From Octopus sinensis (Eukaryota), in NCBI RefSeq assembly GCF_006345805.1, contig NC_042998.1:193378001-193442000 (forward strand): 64,000 bases of DNA. Direction: 5' to 3'. The notes below the pieces were generated by a model. It was not told the DNA's origin. It saw only the letters and a program-made list of their open reading frames with translations, and made no database searches. The position numbers and the translations under genes were made by a program. Shown in pieces: positions 1 through 11,110 of this stretch. Numbering within the stretch: position 1 is the first letter of the stretch; each line of letters begins with the position of its first letter.

Positions 1-164
1 GTGTAATTGGTAAATAAAATGTCGGTTTGTAAAATGTTACTGACGACAATAATAACTACAGCACGGATTTGTTAGTACAGCGTTAGTCTCGGTTTCTTCT
101 GAGTCGACTTCAAATCCCACCGATGCTACCTCTGTATTTTAGCCGTTTGGTGTCAATAAACACA

Positions 165-213
165 CATACGCATACACACACGGAACACACACACACACTC
201 ACTCCCTCTCTCT

Positions 214-258
<45 letters not shown>

Positions 259-282
259 TCTCTCTCTCTCTCTCTTTCTCTC
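165..282. repeat. (CA)n/(CT)n compound microsatellite
   Basis: Dinucleotide runs visible directly; explains ORF 123..497. Confidence 0.95.
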
Positions 283-504
283 CTCACATTGAATTGTATA
301 GTTGTATCTGTAATTCAAGATCCTCACCTTCTGATAATGTCACATTCTTTTACTCATTGAGAATTGTGCAAAGAGTGCATGTGTCGGCGGAATTCTCAGC
401 CATTTATACGTTAATTTCCGGAGGAATTCAGTTGGAAGAAAATCTGAATGTTCATCGTTATCACCGAGGGAAGATCCACCACAGCACTTCTAGATAATTC
501 TTTC

Positions 505-688
505 TCTTTTAAACACAAGGCCTGAAATTTCGTGTGAGGCGAGTAAATCGATTCCATTGCATCCAGAACTCAACTGGTACTTATTTTATCGACCCCGAAA
601 AGAAGAAAGGCACAGTCGACCTCGGCAGTATTTGAACTCAGAACATGAAGACAGATGAAATTCTGCTAAGCATTTTACCTGGCGTGCT
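505..688 (-). mobile_element. tRNA-derived SINE family A, degenerate copy
   Basis: Reverse complement of the family A core gagttcaaattccgccgaggtcgactttgcctttcatcctttcggggtcgata seen at 46403 and 53044. Confidence 0.75.
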
Positions 689-693
689 GCTTA

Positions 694-870
694 ACACATT
701 TCCTGTGTCCTTAGTCCAAATAAAGGGAAGTACACCACCGTTATTTAGTCATAAGGACACAGGAAATGTGTCAAGGCCGACAGGAAGCGTTGGTGCTTCC
801 TAGAGCTAAATAGCGGTGGTGTGATTCCCTTTATGGGACTGTCACGTTAAGTTGACAATATACAACTGCT
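694..870 (+). mobile_element. Structured repeat (homolog of 10993-11110) with locally inverted 5' part
   Basis: taaggacacagga..aatgtgtc...cggtggtgt...actgtcacgtt...ttgaca.tatacaac shared with 10993-11110. Confidence 0.6.
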
Positions 871-940
871 CTATCGTTCCACCACTGTTTATATCTCTCT
901 GAGATATTTAGAAATTTAATATTTCTACTTTTTATATTAT

Positions 941-1163
941 TAAATAGAAATCTCAAAACAAATATCTAAAAACAAAATTAAATTTGAATTTTAAAATGTG
1001 ATTCCACCGATAACCACACACTACTATCGAAACACTCAAAGAAGAATTAACTTATATTTCATTAGAATTTTTTAAATAATCAATCAGTCGAGAACCTCAA
1101 TCTATCCAATATTTTCCCTTTCTATTTTACACGAAAACTTTATCTGAAGCAAACGAGTAATTA
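941..1163 (+). repeat. AT-rich repeat, inverted partner of 2475-2705
   Basis: ccaccgataaccacacactactatcgaaacac...tttatctgaagcaaacgagtaatta matches the reverse complement of 2475-2705. Confidence 0.85.
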
Positions 1164-1564
1164 TGGCACTTCTTGATAATGCCTTAATAATATAGACGAC
1201 GGTGGTTGTAATGGTGATGTGTTGCAGTTGAGTTGGTGATGCTGATGGCAGCGGTGATGGGGGTTGTGGTGGCGATATTTCTACTGTGGTGGTGATGTTT
1301 CTACTGTGGTTGCTGATGATAGTGGTTATGCTTGTGGATGATGGGATTGCTTTTGCATATTGGTTTTCTTGTTATTGGAAGTGCTGCTGGCGAAGATGGT
1401 GGTGGTATGAGTATAAGACAGACAGTAATGAAAAAAAAAGATCATAAAATTAAATTAACTTTGAGCCTGACATAAAACCTCATGCTCTTCCGTCCGGTGT
1501 TCCAGCTGAGACAGTTATGTAAACCGGCAAACGTATCCTGTATTATCGTGAAACAAATTAGTAT

Positions 1565-1637
1565 GCTTACACACACACATACACAGACACACACATCACA
1601 TACTATCACACATATCTCTTTATATATATCTACGCAT

Positions 1638-1698
<61 letters not shown>

Positions 1699-1725
1699 TA
1701 GGTGTGTGTGTGTGTGTACATATAC

Positions 1726-1812
<87 letters not shown>

Positions 1813-1915
1813 TAGATATAGATATATACATATATATATATATATAATATATATATATATACATGAGTGTATATATATATATATACGTGTGTATATATAT
1901 ATGCATGTGTGCATG
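1565..1915. repeat. Compound (CA)/(TA)/(GA)/(GATA) microsatellite
   Basis: Simple repeats visible directly. Confidence 0.95.
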
Positions 1916-2474
1916 AGTGTTGTGTAATGCAGTATGTTTTAATCAGGAAACTTTATATAAGGTTAGGTCACTGGAATATGTTATGTAATAGCTGGAACGT
2001 ATCTGAAGCAAGCTGACGGTTGCTAAATAAATATGAAAGCGGCAAATCTTATTAGAAAGCTTCCTGGTTAACAGCGCAAGTAAGTGGGTAACGAGACGGA
2101 CAAATGTTGTCTAGACAGAAGATTTCTGTTGTTTCAGTACGTCGAATATTTTCGTTGATGTAGGTCAATAGAGTAAAGTGAACACGAAAATATATAAAGA
2201 GCAGTGAAAGAAAATACAGAGATCGTGTACGTGAGAAAGAGAAATATATGTAATTTTTAAACAGGATTTTTTTAGAAAATGATGTATGTATACGTTTCAT
2301 CATCATCATTTTTCAGTAATTCTAATTAAGTGTAGCCGTGTAGCCACTGCCATAGAATTTAACAGGTGTATTCCACGAAAATACTAGTTAATCTCGCCAT
2401 GTTAACAAAGCAGCTGCTTTTGATGTTGAAGAAGCGAATCTGTAAAACGGAAGATTAACCATTATAAAATAAAA

Positions 2475-2705
2475 TAATTACTCGTTTGCTTCAGATAAAG
2501 TTTTCCGTGTAAAATAAAAAGGGAAAATATTGGATAGATTGAGGTTGTCGACTGATTGATTATTTTTTAAAATTCTAATGAAATATAAGTTCATTCTTGT
2601 TTTAAGTGTTTCGATAGTAGTGTGTGGTTATCGGTGGAGTCACATGTTTAAATTTTTTCAAATTTAATTTTTTTGTTTTTTATATTTTTTTGAGATTTCT
2701 ATTTA
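2475..2705 (-). repeat. AT-rich repeat, inverted partner of 941-1163
   Basis: Reverse-complement alignment by eye, high identity with small indels. Confidence 0.85.
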
Positions 2706-3023
2706 CCCCCACCGACCTGCCCTGTCCCTAGCCACATTCAGATGGCTGATGTCCCTTATGTTATGGAGCAGTTACTGTTTATATCTCGTTTAGAGAATTA
2801 TTATTGCATGAATAATAAAAAGATTTTGCGTAAAATCAGTATTAATTCTCAAACAGAGCGTCTTAGCTTAAACAGACGAAATAAATGTTGAAAGCGAATA
2901 AATGAATCGGATTGAATATTCGCTTCTATACTTTAAACTAATAGTTTTCAAACATACTCCACGGCACACGGATACTTTGCAAAAGGCTTCTACTGCCTCG
3001 AATTTTAAAAAAAATATTAATAG

Positions 3024-3815
3024 GTGGAGGCGTGGCTGTGTGGTAAGAAGTTTCCTTCTTAACCACATGGTTCCAGGTTTAGTGGCACCTTGGACAAGTG
3101 CCGGATCTTTTCGGTTTGAACGGCAGTTTTTCCTAGCGGTGTCACATGAAATTGTCATCCATAATTATGACCCTAGAATCGATCTATTGCATTTCAATCT
3201 GGTTAGGGGTGGGGGGAAGGGTATCTTTTTTTTCTTCACAAATGTAAATAAACCCAATCTGTTTCTTAAACGAGGGACATATTCATACGGCACAGAATGT
3301 GTTCATCTCAAAAAGATGTCAGTTATTGGTTGAAATTGCAGAAATTGAAGAAAAAAACAACAAAAATCTTACAAACTGTAGAATTTTCTCAATAAAGCCA
3401 AGAGAAAAGTATGTTTTATAAACACATTCTACCAGTATACGAAGTTTAAAAGTTTTTAGTTACCTAGAAATTATGTTAAAAACTGCCGTTCAAACCGAAA
3501 AGATCCCAAGTGTCTTCTGTTGTAGATCGAGCCGCCCAATGGCTTGTGAGTGGATTTGGTAGACAGAAACTGAAAGAAGCCCGTCATATGTATTCGTATG
3601 TGTGTGTGTCTTTGTCTCTGTGTCCTCAGCACTGCTTGACAACCGGTGTTGAAGTATTTACGTCCCCGTACATTAGAGGTTCGGCAAAAGAGATCGATAG
3701 AATATATGTACCACGCTTCAAAAAAAAAGTACTGGGCTCGATTCATTCGACTAAAAATTCTTCAAGGCGATGCCCCAGCATGACCGCAGTCTTATGACTG
3801 AAAGCAATAAAAGAT
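3024..3815 (+). mobile_element. SINE family B, split by a MITE at 3102-3507
   Basis: Head gtggctgtgtggtaag...ttggacaagtg at 3024-3101 resumes as aagtgtcttc...gtggatttggtagacagaaactgaaagaagcccgtc at 3508. Confidence 0.85.
3102..3507. mobile_element. MITE-like non-autonomous DNA transposon, 30-bp TIRs
   Basis: TIRs 3102-3131 and 3478-3507 match at 29/30; flanks aagtgc/aagtgt suggest a ~6-bp TSD; second copy at 63114. Confidence 0.9.
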
Positions 3816-3890
3816 TAAAGGTATCTCTTGAAAACCCATAATAATAATTGAGAGTCTTGAAAACGGTGCTATTCGTGAATTTTTCATTTA

Positions 3891-4087
3891 TTCTTTTACT
3901 TGTTTCAGTCATTTGACTGCGGCCATGCTGGAGCACCGCCTTTAGTCGAGCAAATCGACCCCGGGACTTATTCTTTGTAAGCCCAGTACTTATTCATCGG
4001 TCTCTTTTGCCGAACCGCTAAGTGACGGGGACGTAAACACACCAGCATCGGTTGTCAAGCAATACTAGGGGGACAAACACAGACATA

Positions 4088-4157
<70 letters not shown>

Positions 4158-4316
4158 ATACGACAGGCTTCTTTCAGTTTCCGTCTACCAAATCCACTCA
4201 CAAGGCATTGGTTGGCCTGGGTCTATAGCAGAAGACACTTGCCCAAGATGCCATGCAGTGGGACTGAACCCGGAACCATGTTAGGAAGCTACTTACCACA
4301 CAGCCACTCCTGTGCC
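3891..4316 (-). mobile_element. SINE family B
   Basis: Full family B sequence on the minus strand with internal (CA)/(TA) microsatellite and (tttac)-type tail. Confidence 0.9.
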
Positions 4317-4770
4317 TTTATAGGTATCGTTAATATATAGTCAGCAATAGTTTTCTATATCTTTCTAATTCTTCCATGTGTCACGAGTCTAAAAGACAGT
4401 CACTGCCATAAACCTTCTACTACTACTCTCTTTCACGTTCAACACTAATGCAAACAGGAACTTCTCGATAGTCAAACTGCTAGCAATAACTGCCAAATCT
4501 CCAACAAATCCCGTTCTACGTTTTTTATATCTCTAAATAAAAGACTGGGTTTCCACGATTGGGACACTCGCCGAGGGCTGACGTAGGATTAAAAATACCA
4601 ACACACGCAGTCTGAAGACTCGAATCCCATCGAAGCCACTTTTCCTTTCTCAGTCGGGTGTATAAGTCTCCCTGTAATATTTCGCCATGCGCTGACGCCA
4701 AAAATCCCGTCGTTGCCTTTACTTCCGTCTTCATTCCTCATTCATTTGGTTATCAGTATAAAATTATTCT

Positions 4771-5159
4771 GCAATGGCCCAGTGGTTAGGGCAGCGGACT
4801 CGCGGTCATAGGATCGCGATTTCGATTCCCAGACCGGGCGTTGTGAGTGTTTATTGAGCGAAAACACCTAAAAGCTCCACGAGTCTCCGGCAGGGGATGG
4901 TGGTGAACCCTGCTCTACTCTTTCACCACAACTTTCTCTCACTCTTACTTCCTGTTTCTGTTGTACCTGTATTTCAAAGGGCCGGCCTTGTCACTCTCTG
5001 TGTCACGCTGAATATCCCCGAGAACTACGTTAAGGGTACACGTGTCTGTGGAGTGCTCAGCCACTTACACGTTAATTTCACGAGCAGGCTGTTCCGTTGA
5101 TCGGATCAACCGGAACCCCCATCGTCGTTACCGACGGAGTGCTTCCATCCATTCCATCC
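4771..5159 (+). mobile_element. tRNA-headed SINE family C, body 1
   Basis: A-box tggcccagtgg, B-box-like atttcgattcc; 13-bp TSD ataaaattattct at 4758-4770 and 5160-5172. Confidence 0.9.
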
Positions 5160-6170
5160 ATAAAATTATTCTATCACTCGTCTTTGTATTTGTTTGTAAA
5201 GACGAATTTTTCAACCGTGTTACATCAAACAGTTTTAGATAAACATTTACCAAGCATACTAGCAAATACACATATATTTTTATAGCGCATATACGTGTGT
5301 GTGAGAGAAAGAGAAGAGGGAGAGGACGATGAAGAAGAGAGAGAGAGGGGATGGAGATAGAGAGGGGAAGAGAGGGAGAGAGAAAGAATGAGTGTACGTA
5401 TGTATATGTTATATGTACATACATATAGATATCCATAGGTGTGTGCTTTTATGCGTGTATTTATCGCTAATCTTTATACTTAATTCTCCTCAAAGCGAAG
5501 TACTACCCACAGTTTTATAAGACGTTATGATACTGGGACACAATGGGTTGATTATCATAGGACAATTTGCATTGAATTTGAATTGTTACACATTAATAGT
5601 GAGAGGAGGAAAAGCTCGAACGGATAGGGAGTTCGAGATGGGTGATAAGAGCAAATTTTGCAGCTTCTGTTTGAAATTGTGTGCAAACTTAGTTATGTTA
5701 TTGATTGCTTAATGGAGTGTCAGTTGACGGATTAATTCGTTTAAAGATTTACAAAAATATGTCCGTAAGGCATAAGTTTTCATCTATTTGTAATGATAAA
5801 ACTGCCTTTGTTGTTGTTGATAAATCATTGATTTATGGCATCACCACAAACCAAATTATGGACCCAATGGTGTATATAAAATTACTTGAAATGGTAAGAT
5901 ATATTTTCGTTTTAGCTATGTGATAAACAATAGATTTCTTTAAATAAAATCAAATATAATCAATAGAAAATATCGATTTGACTTGTCCTACTTCTGACTA
6001 GAGTTTGTGTGGTGTGAACATTTGTAATTGTTGGTAATAATCCTACATGGAAATGATTATGATGCATTCAATTTAGGAAGTTGAGAAACTTGTTCTCTTA
6101 GAAAAACTTCAAACATTAGGTCGAAAGTTCAGTTCGAGACTGCACTTGCTATTTATTAGATATAATAAAT

Positions 6171-6560
6171 GTGGTGGAAGCACTTCGTCGGTAACGACGA
6201 CGAGGGTTCCGGTTGATCCGAATCAACGGAACAGCCTGCTCGTGAAATTAACGTGTAAGTGGCTGAGAACTCCACAGACACGTGCACCCTTAACGTAGTT
6301 CTCGGGGATATTCAGCGTGACACAGAGAGTGACAAGGCCGGACCCTTGAAATACAGGTACAACAGAAACAGGAAGTAAGAGTGAGAGAAAGTTGTGGTGA
6401 AAGAGTACAGCAGGGATCACCACCATCCCCTGCCGGAGCCTCGTGGAGCTTTTAGGTGTTTTCGCTCAATAAACACTCACTACGCCCGGTCTGGGAATCG
6501 AAACCGCGATCCTATGACCGCGAGTCCGCTGCCCTAACCACTGGACCATTGCGCCTCCAC
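6171..6560 (-). mobile_element. tRNA-headed SINE family C, body 1
   Basis: Reverse complement of the 4771 element; 11-bp TSD atataataaat at 6160-6170 and 6561-6571. Confidence 0.9.
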
Positions 6561-6753
6561 ATATAATAAATAGATGTTGCTTGGATTCAAACACTGGTAC
6601 TTGGTGTTTCTTTATTATCAAAATGGGTCTATCATTTTGCCATTAAAATGTTCTGAAAGTGGATTTGCTAGGAAAATTAATTCACCATTAGCCGTCAAAT
6701 TTGCAAAAGAAAAAAGAACAATAAAATAAACGTCTTTGTTTACTGCGACTGTA

Positions 6754-7996
6754 CAAGGGTGGGCTAAAATGTTCATAGGCTGACTATCAAGGAATGATGC
6801 AAAAGCTGTAAAATCTTGTATCCATTAATCTCAACTCATCTTATTAATAACTACATTGTTTCTTTCCAGGTGGACTGACATCTGACTGTTTAAAGAAGAC
6901 TTCAAAAGTAACTTGTCGCGACTTCTCTTTAAAATTGAAAAAAAAAATTGGCATTGTGGTGTTTTAATGCACTTGCATAAAAACGGTTTAGCACCCACGG
7001 CATTCCTGCTATATTAGGGGATGAAATCCCAACTTTATCAACAATGAACAAGTGGACAGCTGAATTTAGGAGGGAAGTGCTGAAGATCACCCAAGGTATG
7101 GACGTCCTGGAACTGCCACCACCGAGGATAACACTGACCGTGTTCACCGCGGGGTGATGAATGATAAATCAAATAGCCAACGCTATTTGCATACCGCGTG
7201 AGAGATTTAGGAATATTCTACACGGTGAACTTGACATGATGAAGGTTTCTGCTCGATGGGTACCACATCTTCTAATCAAAAGCACATCACGTTGATCATA
7301 TCACGGGAAAATCTGACATTGTTTGAAGCAGACCTAGCTGGTTCCCTAACCCAGGATGACTGCTGAGTTTGTTACTTTGAGCCAGAGGCAAAGAGACAAT
7401 CCATGCAGCGGAAACACCCCCTCCTCACCTGCTCCAAAGAATGCGATGGTCGTTTCACCAATATGGAAGTGATGGCCTCAGTTTTTGGGGGATGGAAAAG
7501 ACATAGTGTTTTGTATTGGCTATCTTCAAACGGGTCACACCATCAATGGAGATTACTATACCAAATTGTTGTGGCAGTTACGAAAGGCTACCAAGTACAA
7601 ATACCCAGGGTAACTGACAAAAGGGATCTTGTTTCATGAAGACAATGCTCCAACACATAAGTCCTTGGTTTCAATGGAGGTTGTGCGTGATTGTGGCTTT
7701 GAACTGGTTGATCGCCTTTCCTATTCTTCAGCCCCATCCGACTATCGTGTGTTACACTACATGAAAAATCACTTTGCTGGGAACCGGTATCACAGTGATG
7801 ATGACGTCATAACTGCTGATGATGATTCTTTTGACCAAGAGGATGAAAATTTCTTCACAAATGAGATCCAAGCACTGCAGCACCTATGGAAGATATGTTT
7901 GGATCGCAATGTGGACTATGTTGAAAAATAAAACTCATCTGGTCACATTTCATGAGAGTCTCTTGGTCAGCCTATGAACTCTTCAGCCGACCCTCA
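6754..7996 (+). mobile_element. mariner DNA transposon, full length but decayed
   Basis: TIRs caagggtgggctaaaatgttcataggctgac / gtcagcctatgaactcttcagccgaccctca, flanked by TA; about 1.24 kb. Confidence 0.9.
6935..7931 (+). pseudogene. mariner transposase pseudogene
   Basis: C-terminal ORF 7629..7931 FHEDNAPTHKS...APSDY...ALQHLWKICLDRNVDYVEK is the mariner catalytic end; N-terminus broken by frameshifts. Confidence 0.9.
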
Positions 7997-8336
7997 TAGA
8001 AAATATAGTTAGGGGAGCCGACTGTATACAGTAGGGGCCATAATATAAGGGTCAGTAAGAACAAGTGTATTGAAATAGTTCTTATAGAAGATTAACAACA
8101 TGTTGAGACCAGATATTTTACACATATTTATATATATCTGATATCTAAATTTCGTTAAACTTTCAAGTAAATGGAATAAATATTTCATAATTTCCTAAAT
8201 TACAGCAGCCAAAAGTTAAGGATTACTTGGAAAAAATGAACTACTAACCGAGATAGTTGTTGTTTAGAAGGCTAATGGTTAATAGGCTAACGGTTACTTC
8301 TTATGATCTTACATTATTGAACATTCAATAGTCAAC

Positions 8337-9364
8337 ATGACGGCTTTTGTGAGACGACCAGTGTCCTGTGATGAAAAACAAGAGATTGTGTGCTTTCACC
8401 AAGAGGGCAAGTCAAATTCTGTGATAGTAACTACTGTAGGAACGTCTAGAAGTTTTGTGCAACGGGGTGTAGCTCGTGTTAAGTCATCAGGATCGACAGA
8501 TGCTAAATCCAAGTCCGGTAGACCTCGTAAAACTTCATCAAGACAGGATCATATTATGGTTAGAATGTAATTCAAAGATAAGTTTAAGGGTGCTGTTGAG
8601 ATATCCCGCGAGTTTAGCTCCACTTCCGATGTCAACGTACCGCGCAAAACAGTTTCTCGGAGGTTACGAGGTTCTGGGTTGCTTGCTTGGGCACCGGCAA
8701 AGAAACCTCTGATCTCCAAGAAGAATCAAAGAGCCCGTCTTTGTTTCGCTCAGAAACACGTCGTTTCGACGGAAGAACAGCGGCTCCAGATTCATTTTAG
8801 TGATGAATCGAAGTTTAATGTCATTGGTTCCGATGGAGGGATGTACTTCCAACAAAGAACTGCTGAAAGGTTATCTAGTGAATGTGTGAAGACGACAGTG
8901 AAATATGGAGGAGGCAGTGTAATGGTATGGGGAAGGATCTCTGCTGCTGGTCCTGGTCCAGTCATTCGCCTACAAGGGACTGCCAATGCTGAAATCTACA
9001 AGCAGCTTCTTAGACAGCATCTCTTCCATATCTCCGATCCTCGTCAGTTCATCCTCCTATACTCGTGCAGGACAACGCTCCCTGTCACACTGCGAAGGGA
9101 GTCAAAGATCTTTTGAGTGATGAAGGGGTTGATCTAATGGAGTGGCCACCTCAAAGTCCCGATCTCAACCCTACAGAAAACGTTTGCAGGATTATTGGAG
9201 ATGGGGTGCAAATGAGAAATCCAAAGAACCAAGGTGAGTTCTGGGAATTATTGAAAAACGAATGGAACAATAATACTCCATCATTTTGCAAGAAATTAGT
9301 TCAGTCCTGTGGTAACAGATGTCAGGAGGTCATTGATAGCAAAGGGATGTTCACAAAATATTAA
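8337..9364 (+). pseudogene. Tc1 DD34E transposase pseudogene
   Basis: GRPRKT, FSDESKF, GGGSVMVWG, QDNAPCH and WPPQSPDLNPTEN motifs; 34 residues between the second D and E; one stop (8568-8570) and one frameshift near 9030-9065. Confidence 0.95.
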
Positions 9365-9618
9365 TAGTAAGGATTTCTTTTTTGTTCTTGTTCAATTTAT
9401 CATTGTGTTTCTAAGTGACCCTTACATTTTGGCCGTTGCATTTAGGAAGATTATTTATTTATTTCCTCATAACTAACGAAATATTTATTCCATTCACTTG
9501 AAATTTTCAGGAAAGATAGATATTAGATTTCGTTTTTGGATTTGGTTTGCAAGATTCTTTATATGAGTTAGGAGTTATACATGAGTTATATGAGTTATAT
9601 GAGTTATTTTAGTAAAAT

Positions 9619-9920
9619 GGAGGCGCAATGGCCTAGTGGTTAGGGTAGCGGACTCGCGGTCGCAGGATCGCGGTTTCGATTCCCAGACCGGGTATTGTGA
9701 GTGTTTATTGAGCGAAAACACCTAAAGCTCCACGAGGCTCCGGCAGGGGGTGGTGATCCCTGCTGTACTCTTTCATCACTCTTTCTCCCACTCTTTCTTC
9801 TGTTGGCCTGCTCGCTTAGCCAGCGGGGTGGCGTCATTCGAAGGCTAAAACAATGCGAACGCATTGTGACCAGCGATGTGTAACAACATCTGATGGTCTG
9901 GTTGGTCACGTGATCACGTG
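9619..9920 (+). mobile_element. tRNA-headed SINE family C, body 2
   Basis: Same head as 4771 with a different 3' half ending (cacgtgat)2; 13-bp TSD attttagtaaaat at 9606-9618 and 9921-9933. Confidence 0.9.
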
Positions 9921-10304
9921 ATTTTAGTAAAATAAGAAATAAGTGGAAATTTTACCGGTGAGTGTATTACATTATAAGGCACAAAAAGAAAATGACTCTC
10001 CCCAGTCTCCACAGAATAGATATTAGATATATCTAAATATGTGCAAAATATCTATTCTCAATGTTTTGTTAATCTTCTGTAATAAATATTTCAATACACT
10101 TGTCCTTACTGACCCTTATATTATGGCTGCTACCGTACTTAAGTAATTTAACCTTACATTTTTAATTTCTGACGTTGAAAACATTGGAAATGATAAAGTC
10201 TACGTCTTTCGTTATTTAATTGCGAATCAGTACTTCTTAATAATTGTCGATTAGTCTCACTTTCTAGCACCACACTATATGTACCATGAACATCTGCAGC
10301 AGTA

Positions 10305-10770
10305 GAGGCGCAATGGCCCAGTGGTTAGGGCAGCGGACTCATGGTCGGAGGATCGCGGTTTCGATTCTCAGACCGGGCGTTGTGTGTGTTTATTGAGCGA
10401 AAACACCTAAAGCTCCACGAGGCTCCGCAGGGGGGGGGCGACCCCTGTGATACTCTTTCGCTCCAACTTTCTCTTACTCTTTCTTCCTGTTTCTTGTCCC
10501 CGACTTGCTACGCAACCGCTGAGTCTGGATGCGCATTCATCCATCCGTCGATGCTCTCGGTGTCGGGGGTTGACCTGCTTTCTTTTCTGCGGGTCTTACG
10601 AATGGCATAGGACCACGTTTCGGACTTCTCCCATCTTGCGAGCTCTGGGACGAAGACCGTTCGCTCAACAGCGACATCTACAGCATGTTAGTTGTGATAG
10701 CGCCTGCAAACAATGTCGAAGAGTTATCTCCCTTGTTTATGGAGCATAGAATACTATCAACTATACTAAT
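10305..10770 (+). mobile_element. tRNA-headed SINE family C, body 3
   Basis: Family C head and gtttattgagcgaaaacacctaaagctccacgaggctcc segment, then an unrelated 3' half; right boundary approximate. Confidence 0.75.
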
Positions 10771-10892
10771 ATTTTCCTTAATTGCTGTATTTAACTCAAT
10801 ATTTCTTATTTTGATAATCAGTGAATAGACTTCACTGACTATAGATATATACAAATACGAAGTCGAGACAGATATCGCCAGCTGACCGGTGT

Positions 10893-10950
10893 CTGCTACT
10901 CTAGGCCGATGAAGGACAATGATCCTGAAACACGGTGTCCCTAGATGCAG
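10893..10950 (+). ncRNA. Type I hammerhead ribozyme motif (Penelope-like, palindromic stem III)
   Basis: Stem I tctagg/cctaga plus ctgc/gcag; core CCGAUGA (U4C); stem II agga-caatga-tcct; GAAA; stem III acac-g-gtgt; GUC site, cleavage predicted after 10939. Confidence 0.75.
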
Positions 10951-10992
10951 TTCCGGCGGTTGGGGGTGTTTGTCTCCCCTTCGTATGTGTAT

Positions 10993-11110
10993 ATAAGGAC
11001 ACAGGATAAAATGTGTCGAAGCTGTCAGGAGGCGTTCGCTGCCTCCTAGGGCTATATAACGGTGGTGTACCCCCTACTGTCACGTTCTTGTTAGATTGAC
11101 AGTATACAAC
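10993..11110 (+). mobile_element. Structured repeat downstream of the hammerhead; homolog of 752-870
   Basis: Hairpins gacaca/tgtgtc and aggaggc/gcctcct conserved with the copy at 752-870. Confidence 0.6.

Larger units (their letters stand above)
8029..10135 (+). mobile_element. Tc1-family transposon with ~200-bp IR/DR-type inverted repeats
   Basis: Outer termini cagtaggggccataatataagggtcagtaag (8029) and the inverted copy ending 10135, both TA-flanked; inner related motifs at 8203-8228 and 9413-9440. Confidence 0.85.

Noticed and set aside
4771-4845. tRNA genes at SINE heads
   Set aside because: A/B boxes are present but each continues into a SINE body with TSDs; no standalone cloverleaf could be supported.
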